Shown here: positions 10,427 through 18,916 of the stretch, one piece after another
Layout of the letters: the number at the start of each line of letters is the position of its first letter
How positions within the stretch are numbered: position 1 is the stretch's first letter
Assembly (NCBI GenBank): GCA_021816865.1
Contig: JAKAWX010000003.1
Span: 110,960 to 174,959, forward strand
Source of the DNA: Thermoplasmata archaeon
Lineage (GTDB): Archaea > Thermoplasmatota > Thermoplasmata > Lutacidiplasmatales > UBA184
DNA: 64,000 nucleotides
Reading direction: 5' to 3'
Translations under genes and position numbers: made by a program
The notes under the pieces: generated by a model
Seen by the model: the letters and a program-made list of their open reading frames with translations, nothing else
Told to the model about the DNA's origin: nothing
Databases searched by the model: none

Positions 10427-10475
10427 GTCCAGCGACCGACGTACGCGGTTGCACGTCCGTAGGGGACCCGGCTAT

Positions 10476-11105
10476 TTAGCCGCCCCCAGAATCGGACCGG
10501 CGGCGCCCGGAGGACCCGAGCGCCGGGTCGGTCGACCACCGACGGTACGCTTCGACCGTGTCGACGTCCCGGAACGACCGCGGTTCGATCGTGCCGGCGG
10601 GGAGGAACCGCACCCCACCGGCGCGGTCGAGCTCCGCGACGAGATCCTTCAAGCCGCGACCCTCCCTTCGCAGCGCCCCGACCCGGCGCGAGTCGACCCC
10701 CGCGTAGATGGCGTGAAGGACCTCCCACTCGCCGTCGGGTCCGACCGGTACGATCGTCCGTCCGTCGAACTCCCCCCGCATCGTTCGGATCCCGGCGACA
10801 TCGAGGAACGGCATGTCGCCACCGAACAGGAAGAACGGCGCGTCCGTCCGCGAACGCGCGACCTCGAGGCCTCCGAGCGGTCCCGCGTCGAACGGGTCGG
10901 TCACGACCCGGACCCCGCCGAGGTCGCAGGGAAGGACGCTCACGACCGTCACCTCGAGGCCCGCGTCCGTGAGGAGACGCACCTCCCTCCGGACGATCGG
11001 CTCGCCGTCGACCACGAGGTGGAACTTCCCGGGGAGGCGCGTCGCGCGACCGAGGAGGACGAACGCGTGCCGGACCGGCGCGAGCGTGGGACCCGGTCGC
11101 GTCAC
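10476..11105 (-). CDS. mobA: Molybdenum cofactor guanylyltransferase MobA-like
   Basis: DPFDAGPLGGL, GGDMPF, LHAIY and FRDVDT motifs; N-terminal Gly loop is divergent. Confidence 0.82.
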   Translation of the reverse strand: MTRPGPTLAPVRHAFVLLGRATRLPGKFHLVVDGEPIVRREVRLLTDAGLEVTVVSVLPCDLGGVRVVTDPFDAGPLGGLEVARSRTDAPFFLFGGDMPFLDVAGIRTMRGEFDGRTIVPVGPDGEWEVLHAIYAGVDSRRVGALRREGRGLKDLVAELDRAGGVRFLPAGTIEPRSFRDVDTVEAYRRWSTDPALGSSGRRRSDSGGG

Positions 11106-11650
11106 GAGCGTCGGACCTCGCGAACGTTTTGGGCGGACATCAGATGGCCCACGAACGTCCAGAGCGGGTCCGCGGTCCGGGCTCGACCATCGAGCTCGAG
11201 CGTCATCCGGCCCCGGCGGAGGGGCGCCCGGGCGAGAACCTGCCGAACGAGCCCCGGCGCCTCGCCCGGTTCGCGGATCCTCAGACGGAGGCCGCCGAAC
11301 GAGCGACGCGTGTAGCCCTCGACGAGGACCACGTCCACCGGGAGAAGATGCACGAACGTCCGCGGGGTGTCGCGAAGGTAGAAGAGCGACTCGGTCGAGT
11401 CGAAGACCACCACGTCCGCCCCCGCCGCGCGGTAGCGTCCGGTGTCCTTCCGGGGAAGGTCGGGCGGGTGGTGGGAGTGCTTGACGACCCCCACTCTCAG
11501 TCCGCGCGCGACCAGCCGGCGCACGCTCTCTTCCACCACCGTCGTCTTGCCGGACCCGCTCCGGCCCACGACCTGGATCACCACCGGGAGGTCGGGATCG
11601 GCCGCGGCGGGCCTCCGCACGGCCCCTTTACCCCCCCGCTCCGCGGGCAT
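11102..11650 (-). CDS. mobB: Molybdopterin-guanine dinucleotide biosynthesis protein MobB
   Basis: GRSGSGKTT, VKHSHH, KDTGRY and VLVEGY motifs; start re-called at ATG 11650. Confidence 0.88.
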   Translation of the reverse strand: MPAERGGKGAVRRPAAADPDLPVVIQVVGRSGSGKTTVVEESVRRLVARGLRVGVVKHSHHPPDLPRKDTGRYRAAGADVVVFDSTESLFYLRDTPRTFVHLLPVDVVLVEGYTRRSFGGLRLRIREPGEAPGLVRQVLARAPLRRGRMTLELDGRARTADPLWTFVGHLMSAQNVREVRRS

Positions 11651-11794
11651 GTTCAGTCGCCCCGGTCGGCCATTGGCCCCGGCCCCACCGGCCCCGACCG
11701 AGCCGAACCGGGGCTCGGTGGAGCTGACCTCGAACGGGGTTCGGCCGCCCCGCGCGGAGGCCTCCGACCCAAGTCGCACCGCTTTTCCCTCGCA

Positions 11795-11812
11795 ACAATA
11801 CGCACTTATACA
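11795..11812 (+). promoter_or_regulatory. Putative archaeal TATA element (CTTATA) upstream of the RHH gene
   Basis: AT-rich patch acaatacgcacttataca about 20-25 nt upstream of ATG 11832 in otherwise GC-rich DNA. Confidence 0.45.
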
Positions 11813-11831
11813 CCCTCTCTATCGGGAAGGT

Positions 11832-12089
11832 ATGCGGTCTCGCGCCAAAGCCGAACTCCCGGCCCAGGGTATGTTGAGGAAGAACATCACCATCACGCCC
11901 GACGAAGCGGAGTTCCTCGAACGCCACCCCGAGATCAACCAGAGCGCCCTCTTCCGCCAGATTGTCGAGAGCCTCATGCTCGCGGAGCGCGCGCCGGGAG
12001 TCGCCTCCACGCAGGCGGTCCGCCTCGGAAAGGCGGTCTACCGGTCGGGCGCGATCATGTTCCAGCAGCCGGCCCAGCGTCGTCCGTAG
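11832..12089 (+). CDS. Small ribbon-helix-helix (CopG/MetJ-like) DNA-binding protein
   Basis: RKNITITPDEAEFLERHPEINQSALFRQIVESLM matches the RHH strand-helix-helix pattern; start re-called at 11832. Confidence 0.65.
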   Translation: MRSRAKAELPAQGMLRKNITITPDEAEFLERHPEINQSALFRQIVESLMLAERAPGVASTQAVRLGKAVYRSGAIMFQQPAQRRP

Positions 12090-12918
12090 GCGCCCCCTCG
12101 GCGTCGCCCCTTCGGGGAGCCTCCTTCTCGCGAAGCCGCGGGGCGAGGCCCGCGAAGCTGGGGTGGCGCGCGTCCTCGGACCGGATGTAGAGGATTCCCT
12201 CCGCCCCGGGGGTCCGGGCGTACGCGGACTCGGCCGTGGCCCGGTCCAGCCCGACGAGCGCATGCCGGGAGATGAGGTGGCCGAACGCCCAACGTCTCCT
12301 CAAGGCGAGTTCCGTGAAGCGGGGTGCGTAGTGTCCTCCACCCACCCCGACCGCGACCCGGTCGCCGGGCGTGACGGCGAGCGCCGGCAGGACGCGGGCG
12401 AGCAGCCGGACCTCTTCCTCGGAGGGCGCCGACCGTTCGCCGAAGCCGATCTCCACGAAGAATGAGGGCAGACCGAGCTCGGGTCCGTGATGGGTCGACT
12501 CGTAGGTGGCGGGAACCCCCGCACCGGGAGCCCCTTCGGCCAGCGCCCGTAGGGCGGCCGCCATCCGCGGCGGGTCGGTCGGGACGAGGGTTCGGGGCCG
12601 ACCGCCGACGTCCGCCGTATCGCCCGGGTTGCCGAGCGGGTGCACCGTGAGGCACTCGACGCCCTCTCCGCTGCGGTGGATGGAAGGGAAGACGAGGGTC
12701 GGCGCTTCGGCCCGGAGCGGAGCGGGCAGCCGGAGGTCGAGCCGCTCGTCATGGATGTGCCGGACCCCGCGCTTGAGCAATCCGGCGCCGGGCCCGAGAC
12801 GGCGTATCGGCGCCCCCTCGACGTGTCCCTCGGCGGCGGGCGGGGTTCCCCAAAGCCCCGCGACCCGGACGGCGACCGGGTCCGTTTCCGAGACCACGAC
12901 CAGGTACTCGAAGGCCAT
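12055..12918 (-). CDS. dtdA: D-aminoacyl-tRNA deacylase (archaeal DTD2 type)
   Basis: SIHRS, LTVHPLGN, YESTHHGP, FVEIG and GGGHYAPRF motifs; start re-called at ATG 12918. Confidence 0.93.
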   Translation of the reverse strand: MAFEYLVVVSETDPVAVRVAGLWGTPPAAEGHVEGAPIRRLGPGAGLLKRGVRHIHDERLDLRLPAPLRAEAPTLVFPSIHRSGEGVECLTVHPLGNPGDTADVGGRPRTLVPTDPPRMAAALRALAEGAPGAGVPATYESTHHGPELGLPSFFVEIGFGERSAPSEEEVRLLARVLPALAVTPGDRVAVGVGGGHYAPRFTELALRRRWAFGHLISRHALVGLDRATAESAYARTPGAEGILYIRSEDARHPSFAGLAPRLREKEAPRRGDAEGAPTDDAGPAAGT

Positions 12919-13011
12919 CCCGGGCGCGGGAAGCGCGGGCACGCATAGGTCTTCTCCCCGCACCGGAGGAGAGTCGCCTCTCTGCCGAGCGGGGCCGGGG
13001 CCGGAGCCCGC

Positions 13012-13614
13012 TCACGCCATAGCGGTGGTCGGCGACGGAGGCACCGCGGCCGGAGTTGCCGCGGCGGCGACGTACCTGACGACCTCGGCCGAAAGTTCGC
13101 GGAGGATCTCCCTCGCCTGTCGAAGGGCCTCCTCGGCCCGCCCCTGGAGGGGTGGGGCGATCGGGCGAACGAGGCAGTGGTCGGCGTACTCCTCCTCGTA
13201 CGCGGCCCAGGCCCGATCCGAGGCACTGGCCCCCCGGAGCATTCCGGCCAGCTTCGGCCGACCGCCGAACCGGCCCGTGGAGTAGTACCCGAGCATTCGC
13301 TCGAGCGACGGAATCCGGGTGTTCTCGAGGATCTGCTGCTCGCGGAGCTCTCGAATCCGGGAGGCGCACGTCGGGATCTCCTCCGCTATCGGGAAGGCAC
13401 CGAACAGTTCGCGGATGCGGGGGGCCCGAACCTGGGTGAGGTAGCGGGACCAGAGGGTGAGCCCGGCTCGGACCTCGTCCGCCGTCACCGCCTCGCCCTC
13501 TTCGAGGCGATCGGCGATCCCGTCCATCTTCTTCACCAGGGGAAACAATACCGACCCGTGCTCCTCTCGCACGAATCCGCGAATCTCGTCTACGAGGAAA
13601 GGGTTCGTCGCCAT
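13012..13614 (-). CDS. Hemerythrin-like four-helix-bundle protein with degenerate metal ligands
   Basis: EEH...L..M..IADRLEEG..V start resembles the hemerythrin/HHE family, but the later His ligands appear substituted. Confidence 0.55.
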   Translation of the reverse strand: MATNPFLVDEIRGFVREEHGSVLFPLVKKMDGIADRLEEGEAVTADEVRAGLTLWSRYLTQVRAPRIRELFGAFPIAEEIPTCASRIRELREQQILENTRIPSLERMLGYYSTGRFGGRPKLAGMLRGASASDRAWAAYEEEYADHCLVRPIAPPLQGRAEEALRQAREILRELSAEVVRYVAAAATPAAVPPSPTTAMA

Positions 13615-13797
13615 CCGGCGCCTCCTTCATCTCGTTCTTGGCGGCCCGCCAGATAAGGGGAGGGTGAAACCGCTTTGACACCTCCGAGCCCCGAAAAGGA
13701 GGATCCGAAGGCCGGGGTCCGGCCGGAACGCTTCGAAACGGGAACCTCCCACGCTGAAGAGGTATTACCCCGTCCGGCCTGAGGCACCGAACGGACC

Positions 13798-15816
13798 ATG
13801 ACAACCGAAGGATCGTTGTTCCCGGAGTCCCTTGTGGGCCGCGGAGCCGCCCCTCATCCCCTCCCGGTCCGGCGATTCTCGGTCGACCTCATGGACCGGA
13901 CTGCCGACCCGTCGACCGATTTCTACGCGTACGCGACCGGCGGGTGGCGGAAGTCGAACCCCGTGCCGGCCGACAAGGCGATCTGGACAGGATTCGACGA
14001 GCTGCGCGACCGGAATCGGACCCTTCTGCGGGCGATCCTCGAGGAGTGCGCCGCCCGTTCCGACGCGGACCCGGTGCGTCGGATGTTGGGCGACCTCTAC
14101 ACCGCGGCCGTCGATACTTCGACGCGGGACCGTCTCGGGCTCGCCCCCGTTCGGGAGGACCTCGACCGGATCGCCTCGGCCGGGAACGTCACCGAGCTGG
14201 TCCGTATCGTCGCCCGGCTTCATGACGACGGGATCTCGGGCCTCTTCCATGCGTTCGTGCGCCCCGACCGTCGCAACAGTAAGGTCTACTCGCTCTACAT
14301 TTGGCAGGGCGGTCTCGCGCTGCCGGACCGGGACTACTACCTGCTCGACGAATTCGCGCAACTGAGGGGGCGCTACCGCCGTCACGTCGCCCGGCTGCTC
14401 GCGCTCGCGGGGTCCTCGGTCGAAGAGGGCGAGCGAGAAGCCGACACGGTCCTCGAGATCGAGACGGAGCTCGCTCGGGCGAGCCGGACCGCCGCCGAAC
14501 AGCGGGACGAGATCAAGAACTACAATCGGTTCGAACGGCTCGACCTCACCCGGACGAACCCGAACCTCGGGTGGAACGAGTACCTCTCGGGGCGGGACCA
14601 GGCGAACGTCGCGTACGTCGTCGTCGGCCAGCCCGAGTTCTTCGCCGCGCTCGACGGGCTTCTCGCCGGGCGGCCGCTCTCCGACTGGAAGACCTATCTC
14701 CGGTGGCACCTCCTGCACTCGGCCGCACCGACCCTTCACGACGCCGCGGAGTCCGAGGACTTCGACTTCTTCCACCGTACGTTGCGCGGCCAGCTGGAGC
14801 CGGAGCCGATCGGCACGCGTGCGGTCGAGGCCGTCGACCTCCTGGTCGGGGAGGCCCTCGGCCGGGAGTTCGTCCGCGCGTACTTCCCGTCCGAAAGCCG
14901 GGAACGCGTCCGTGCGCTCGTCGCCGACCTTCGCGAGGTCTTCGCGGACCGGCTGCGCTCGCTCGAGTGGATGAGCGAGGCGACGCGCGAGCGGGCCCTC
15001 GCGAAGTTCGCCCGTTTCCGCGTCAAGATCGGCCACCCCGACCGGTTCCGCGACTACTCGGGCCTTCGCGTGCGGCCCGACGACCACCACGGGAACGTGC
15101 GACGGGCGGCGGCCTTCGAATCGCGCCGGAGGATGGTCCGGGTCGGCGGGCCGGTCGACCCGGACGAGTGGGAGATGACCCCACCGACCGTCAACGCGTA
15201 CTTCGACGCCTCCCGCAACGAGATAGTCTTTCCGGCCGGGATCCTCCAGCCTCCGTTTTTCGACCCGGGGGCCGACGACGCGGTCAACTACGGCGCGATC
15301 GGATGCGTGATCGGCCACGAGATCACCCACGGGTACGACGACCAGGGACGACGGTACGATGCGGACGGGAACCTCAACGACTGGTGGACCCAGCGGGATT
15401 CGGCCGAGTTCGCGCGCCGAGCGCGTTCGGTCGTCGAACGGTACGCGGCGGTCGAGCCGCTCCCGGGGGTCCACATCAACGGCGAGTTGACCCTCGGCGA
15501 GAACATTGCCGATTTCGGCGGCGTGAGCATTGCCTTCGAAGCGCTCGAGCGACGGCTCGCCCGGGAGCCGTCCGCGCGGGCGCCGGTCGACGGCCTGACG
15601 CCCCAACAGCGGTTCTTTATCGCCTACGGGCAGATCTGGAGGGCGAACTACCGCGAGCCCGAGCTACGTCGTCGGCTCGCCGTCGACCCCCACTCGCCCG
15701 CGCCGTACCGCGTCGCGCTGCCCGTTCGCCAACTGGACGGATTCCACGCCGCATTCCCGGCCGCGAGTACCCCCCCGGACGGTCCCGGTGCAACTCCCCC
15801 GTTACGGATCTGGTAG
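13798..15816 (+). CDS. pepO: M13 family (neprilysin/PepO-like) zinc endopeptidase
   Basis: DFYAYATGGW, VNAYF, NEIVFPAGILQPPFF, GHEITHGYD, GENIADFGG and DPHSP motifs. Confidence 0.95.
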   Translation: MTTEGSLFPESLVGRGAAPHPLPVRRFSVDLMDRTADPSTDFYAYATGGWRKSNPVPADKAIWTGFDELRDRNRTLLRAILEECAARSDADPVRRMLGDLYTAAVDTSTRDRLGLAPVREDLDRIASAGNVTELVRIVARLHDDGISGLFHAFVRPDRRNSKVYSLYIWQGGLALPDRDYYLLDEFAQLRGRYRRHVARLLALAGSSVEEGEREADTVLEIETELARASRTAAEQRDEIKNYNRFERLDLTRTNPNLGWNEYLSGRDQANVAYVVVGQPEFFAALDGLLAGRPLSDWKTYLRWHLLHSAAPTLHDAAESEDFDFFHRTLRGQLEPEPIGTRAVEAVDLLVGEALGREFVRAYFPSESRERVRALVADLREVFADRLRSLEWMSEATRERALAKFARFRVKIGHPDRFRDYSGLRVRPDDHHGNVRRAAAFESRRRMVRVGGPVDPDEWEMTPPTVNAYFDASRNEIVFPAGILQPPFFDPGADDAVNYGAIGCVIGHEITHGYDDQGRRYDADGNLNDWWTQRDSAEFARRARSVVERYAAVEPLPGVHINGELTLGENIADFGGVSIAFEALERRLAREPSARAPVDGLTPQQRFFIAYGQIWRANYREPELRRRLAVDPHSPAPYRVALPVRQLDGFHAAFPAASTPPDGPGATPPLRIW

Positions 15817-15965
15817 CGGCGCTCGACGCGGGGCCCGTCGGACCAGCTACCGCCCGGAGCCAGGGGTACCTGGCCCGTGCACCGCGCGGACACTGGCGTG
15901 TCGGCCGCTCCCGGCCACCCTCCTCGGTGGGAAGGGCCGTGCCGTGCGCTTCGGATGAATTGCTA

Positions 15966-15977
15966 CGTTTAATTAGC
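15966..15977 (+). promoter_or_regulatory. Putative TATA box for the Zn-finger/GT2 gene pair
   Basis: TTTAATTA at 15968-15975, about 23 nt upstream of GTG 15998 (leaderless spacing). Confidence 0.5.
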
Positions 15978-15997
15978 CCGACACCGACGGACCGTTT

Positions 15998-16732
15998 GTG
16001 AGTCGTGCGTCCCTGACCGCAGGTATCGTCGGCGATCGGGGCTCGCCCTCCTCGCCTCCGCCCGGGCTCCCGGTTCCCCGCGATGGTATCGAAGACGAGG
16101 TCGTGCGCGACCGCTCGGTCCGTAGCTGCACGTGCTGCTCCGGTACCCTCTCCGTCGGCGAGAGGATGTTCTACTTCCTGGAAGGCGTCGACGCGCCGCC
16201 CGTCTGCCGGGCCTGCCTCTCCCGCGCCGAGGGTGCGTCCGACGGGTCGCCCGAGACGCGGCGGAGCGAGAGCCCGACGGTCGTTCCCGAATTCTCCCGG
16301 GCGGCGGTCGCGGCCGAGGCGGCCGCGCGCGACCCCCCCGAGCTGAGCCGGGCCGTCCGACAGTATCTCGACGAGGAGCTCGCTCGTTCCGAGCGCCTCC
16401 TCGATAGCGCTCCCCCCGGATCCCTCGACACCGACCGAGCCCGCGAGCTCCACCGGGCCGCGATGGACGAATCCGCGAAGGACCGCCTTCCCGAAGCCGT
16501 GTTGCTCGCCGCCGACCTGCGGCGGACGCTCTCGCGGGTCGAGAACCCGCCGCCGCGATCGACCGCCCCCGCGTTCTGGAGCGCCGAGGTGGACGAAATG
16601 CTCCGCGAGGTTCTCGAACGAGCCCGGGCGATCGCCGCCCGGTCGAGGGCCGACGCGTCGGAGCCCGACTCCCCGTCCGGGGAGGTCGTCTCCGCCCAGA
16701 ACGAAAACTCCGATTCGATCGGTTCGGCATGA
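15998..16732 (+). CDS. Hypothetical protein with a Cys4 zinc finger and a helical-hairpin unit
   Basis: CTCC...CRAC finger, then LDTDRARELHRAA...DRLPEAVLLA helical unit; preceded by a TATA-like element. Confidence 0.7.
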   Translation: MSRASLTAGIVGDRGSPSSPPPGLPVPRDGIEDEVVRDRSVRSCTCCSGTLSVGERMFYFLEGVDAPPVCRACLSRAEGASDGSPETRRSESPTVVPEFSRAAVAAEAAARDPPELSRAVRQYLDEELARSERLLDSAPPGSLDTDRARELHRAAMDESAKDRLPEAVLLAADLRRTLSRVENPPPRSTAPAFWSAEVDEMLREVLERARAIAARSRADASEPDSPSGEVVSAQNENSDSIGSA

Positions 16733-16799
16733 CGGACGGCGGCTTGGCGACGGCCGTCGCGCGGCCGACCCGAGCTCTCGAGGGGCCGGGAGAGGCCCG

Positions 16800-18341
16800 G
16801 TGACGGACGCCTTCTACGAGATCGTCACGGCCTGGGAGATCGCGTCGATCTCGCTCACCCTCCTTATCAGCGCCTACTTGATCGTCGACCTGGTCGCCGC
16901 GGTCCTTTCCCGACCGTTGGCGAGGAGGTTCCCGCGCGACCCGCGCTTCCCGCTCGTGAGCGTCGTGATCCCGGCCTACAACGAGCCCACCGACATCGTT
17001 CGCGCGACGCTCGCGTCGTGGAAGGCGGTCCGCTACCCGTCGTTCGAGCTTATCCTGGCGGACGATTCCGAGGTCCCGATCGAGGTCGACGACCCATCGG
17101 TCCGCGTCTTCCGACGCTCGAACCGGGAGGGGTTCAAGGGAGGGGCGCTGCGCGAGGCGTTCGAGCGCCTCCATCCCGAATCCGAGTGGATGGTCGTGTT
17201 CGACGCTGACTTCCTGGTCGACCCCGATATCCTCGTCCGATTCTCCGAGCATTACCGGGCGGGCGTCGGCGCCATCCAGGGATACCAGGCGATGGGGCGG
17301 AACGATCCCCCCACGTACCTCACCCGGTACTCCGAATCGTTCCACGCCGTGGCCAACACGCTGCTCACGGGGCGCTACCGGTTGGGGGGGTTCGTGGGGG
17401 TGCAGGGTACGGTCCAGGCGTACCGCGTCGAAGCGATCCGCGCGCTCGGAGGGATCGCCCCCTACACGACCGCGAACGAGGACCTCGATACGACGTTCCG
17501 GCTCCGCAAGGCGGGTTGGAAGATCGTCTACGACCCGGCGCTCGTCGGACGCGGGATCGCCCCCGAGCGCTACCGCACTCTCTTCACCCAGGTCACCCGA
17601 TGGACGTCCACCACCGTGCGAGAGTACCGTAGGCACTACGGGTCGTTCGTCCGGTCGCCCGAGGTGCCCGCGCTCGAGAAGTTCGACGCGTTGCTGTTCC
17701 TGCTCACGTGGATCAATTCGCTCGTCGTGACCCCGACGCTCGTCTTCCTTCCCTGGGCGATCGCGGACCTCCACCTCATCCCGCTCTGGCTTTCGATCCT
17801 CATCACGGCCCTCCCGATCGTCCTCTTCACCCTCCCCATGCTGAAGGGAACACCCGCACGCCTCGGGATGACCGGCTGGCTCGGCTACTACGTCCTCCTC
17901 GTTCCGGGCTACTTCGTGATGTTTCGCGCCTCGTTGCTCGGGTTCTTCACCGACCCCGGGTTCGTCCGCACCCCGAAAACGCGCCGGTCCCCCATCGACA
18001 CGGGTCGAGCGACGGCTCCGACCTCACGAGGGCTGTTCCCCGGTGTCGGGGCCCGGTCCGCTAGTGTCGGAGCCGTTCAGGTCGCGGCCTGTTCGGGCTG
18101 CGGACGTCGGCTCTCCCACCGGGAGACCCTGTTCTATGCGGTCGGCGCGCTCGACGTGGGCACACTCACCTGCCGGCGGTGCCTTCGGGCCACCGAGTGG
18201 GAGCGGTTCGGGCGCGGTCGGCCGATCCCTGCCCCGGCGGCCCCGGTCCCCTCCCCGGCGGGGCATTGGGGGCTCCGGCCGCGACACACGGTCGTCGGCG
18301 CCGCGGGAGTACGATACCGCCGACGCCGTGGATCACCCTGA
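16800..18341 (+). CDS. Processive GT2 glycosyltransferase (cellulose-synthase-like) with C-terminal Cys4 zinc finger
   Basis: IPAYNE, DDS, GFKGGAL, FDADF, EDLD and QVTRW (QxxRW) motifs; TM helices; C-terminal CSGC...CRRC. Confidence 0.9.
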   Translation: MTDAFYEIVTAWEIASISLTLLISAYLIVDLVAAVLSRPLARRFPRDPRFPLVSVVIPAYNEPTDIVRATLASWKAVRYPSFELILADDSEVPIEVDDPSVRVFRRSNREGFKGGALREAFERLHPESEWMVVFDADFLVDPDILVRFSEHYRAGVGAIQGYQAMGRNDPPTYLTRYSESFHAVANTLLTGRYRLGGFVGVQGTVQAYRVEAIRALGGIAPYTTANEDLDTTFRLRKAGWKIVYDPALVGRGIAPERYRTLFTQVTRWTSTTVREYRRHYGSFVRSPEVPALEKFDALLFLLTWINSLVVTPTLVFLPWAIADLHLIPLWLSILITALPIVLFTLPMLKGTPARLGMTGWLGYYVLLVPGYFVMFRASLLGFFTDPGFVRTPKTRRSPIDTGRATAPTSRGLFPGVGARSASVGAVQVAACSGCGRRLSHRETLFYAVGALDVGTLTCRRCLRATEWERFGRGRPIPAPAAPVPSPAGHWGLRPRHTVVGAAGVRYRRRRGSP

Positions 18342-18916
18342 AGCGGGACAGCGGACGGCGCGGCCGAGGATCCTGCTCCGAGACTTGGGGCGTCCCTGAT
18401 TGTCGGACGCGGAGTGAGGGTGGTTTCGCGCGGTCTTCGGCCTCTCGCGCAGGGGCAGGCTCTCCCGGAAGGATTCATCTCATTGATCGGATTGGCCCCG
18501 CCAATCCTACCAGGCTCCGTCGTCGGTGGGACGGGTACTGGCCGCTCGTGGAATCGTAGAGCCGGCCCGCCGCCGTTGGGCCGGGTAGAGAAGCTTCGGG
18601 CCCGGGCCGATCTCGAACGGTTCGAACCGGAACTCAAGCCCGACCGCATGATCGCGAGCTCGAGCGCCCGCCGGGCCGGACATAGCGGCCGCGCGGCCCA
18701 TTTCGACCCGGCCGGACCGAGGTTCGGACGCTCGCGGCCCCGGTCGCCGGCGCGCTCGGGGCCGGTGCCGCGGCCGGAGGACCGGTTCGAGGGTCGCGTC
18801 GGCGACCTCGGCGCCCCTCCCGCGCTATTCCCGGTCGGGGGGCCGGGACCGCGCTCGTGTTCGCGGACGGGCCCCGGAGGGGCGGGCCCGGGCGACCCCG
18901 GATCGCGAACGACGCG

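Noticed and set aside
7085-10462. 1125-aa plus-strand ORF
   Set aside because: Antisense shadow of the FDH and DUF1641 genes; high GC suppresses stop codons and the product is R/G/A-rich with no motifs. The same applies to 26294..28624, 19508..21682, 13765..15606, 55397..57082 and most other overlapping track ORFs.
18342-18916. ORF 18414..18920 and small hairpins between GT2 and the surface-protein gene
   Set aside because: R/P/G-rich translation without motifs; the short GC stems are expected by chance between convergent genes
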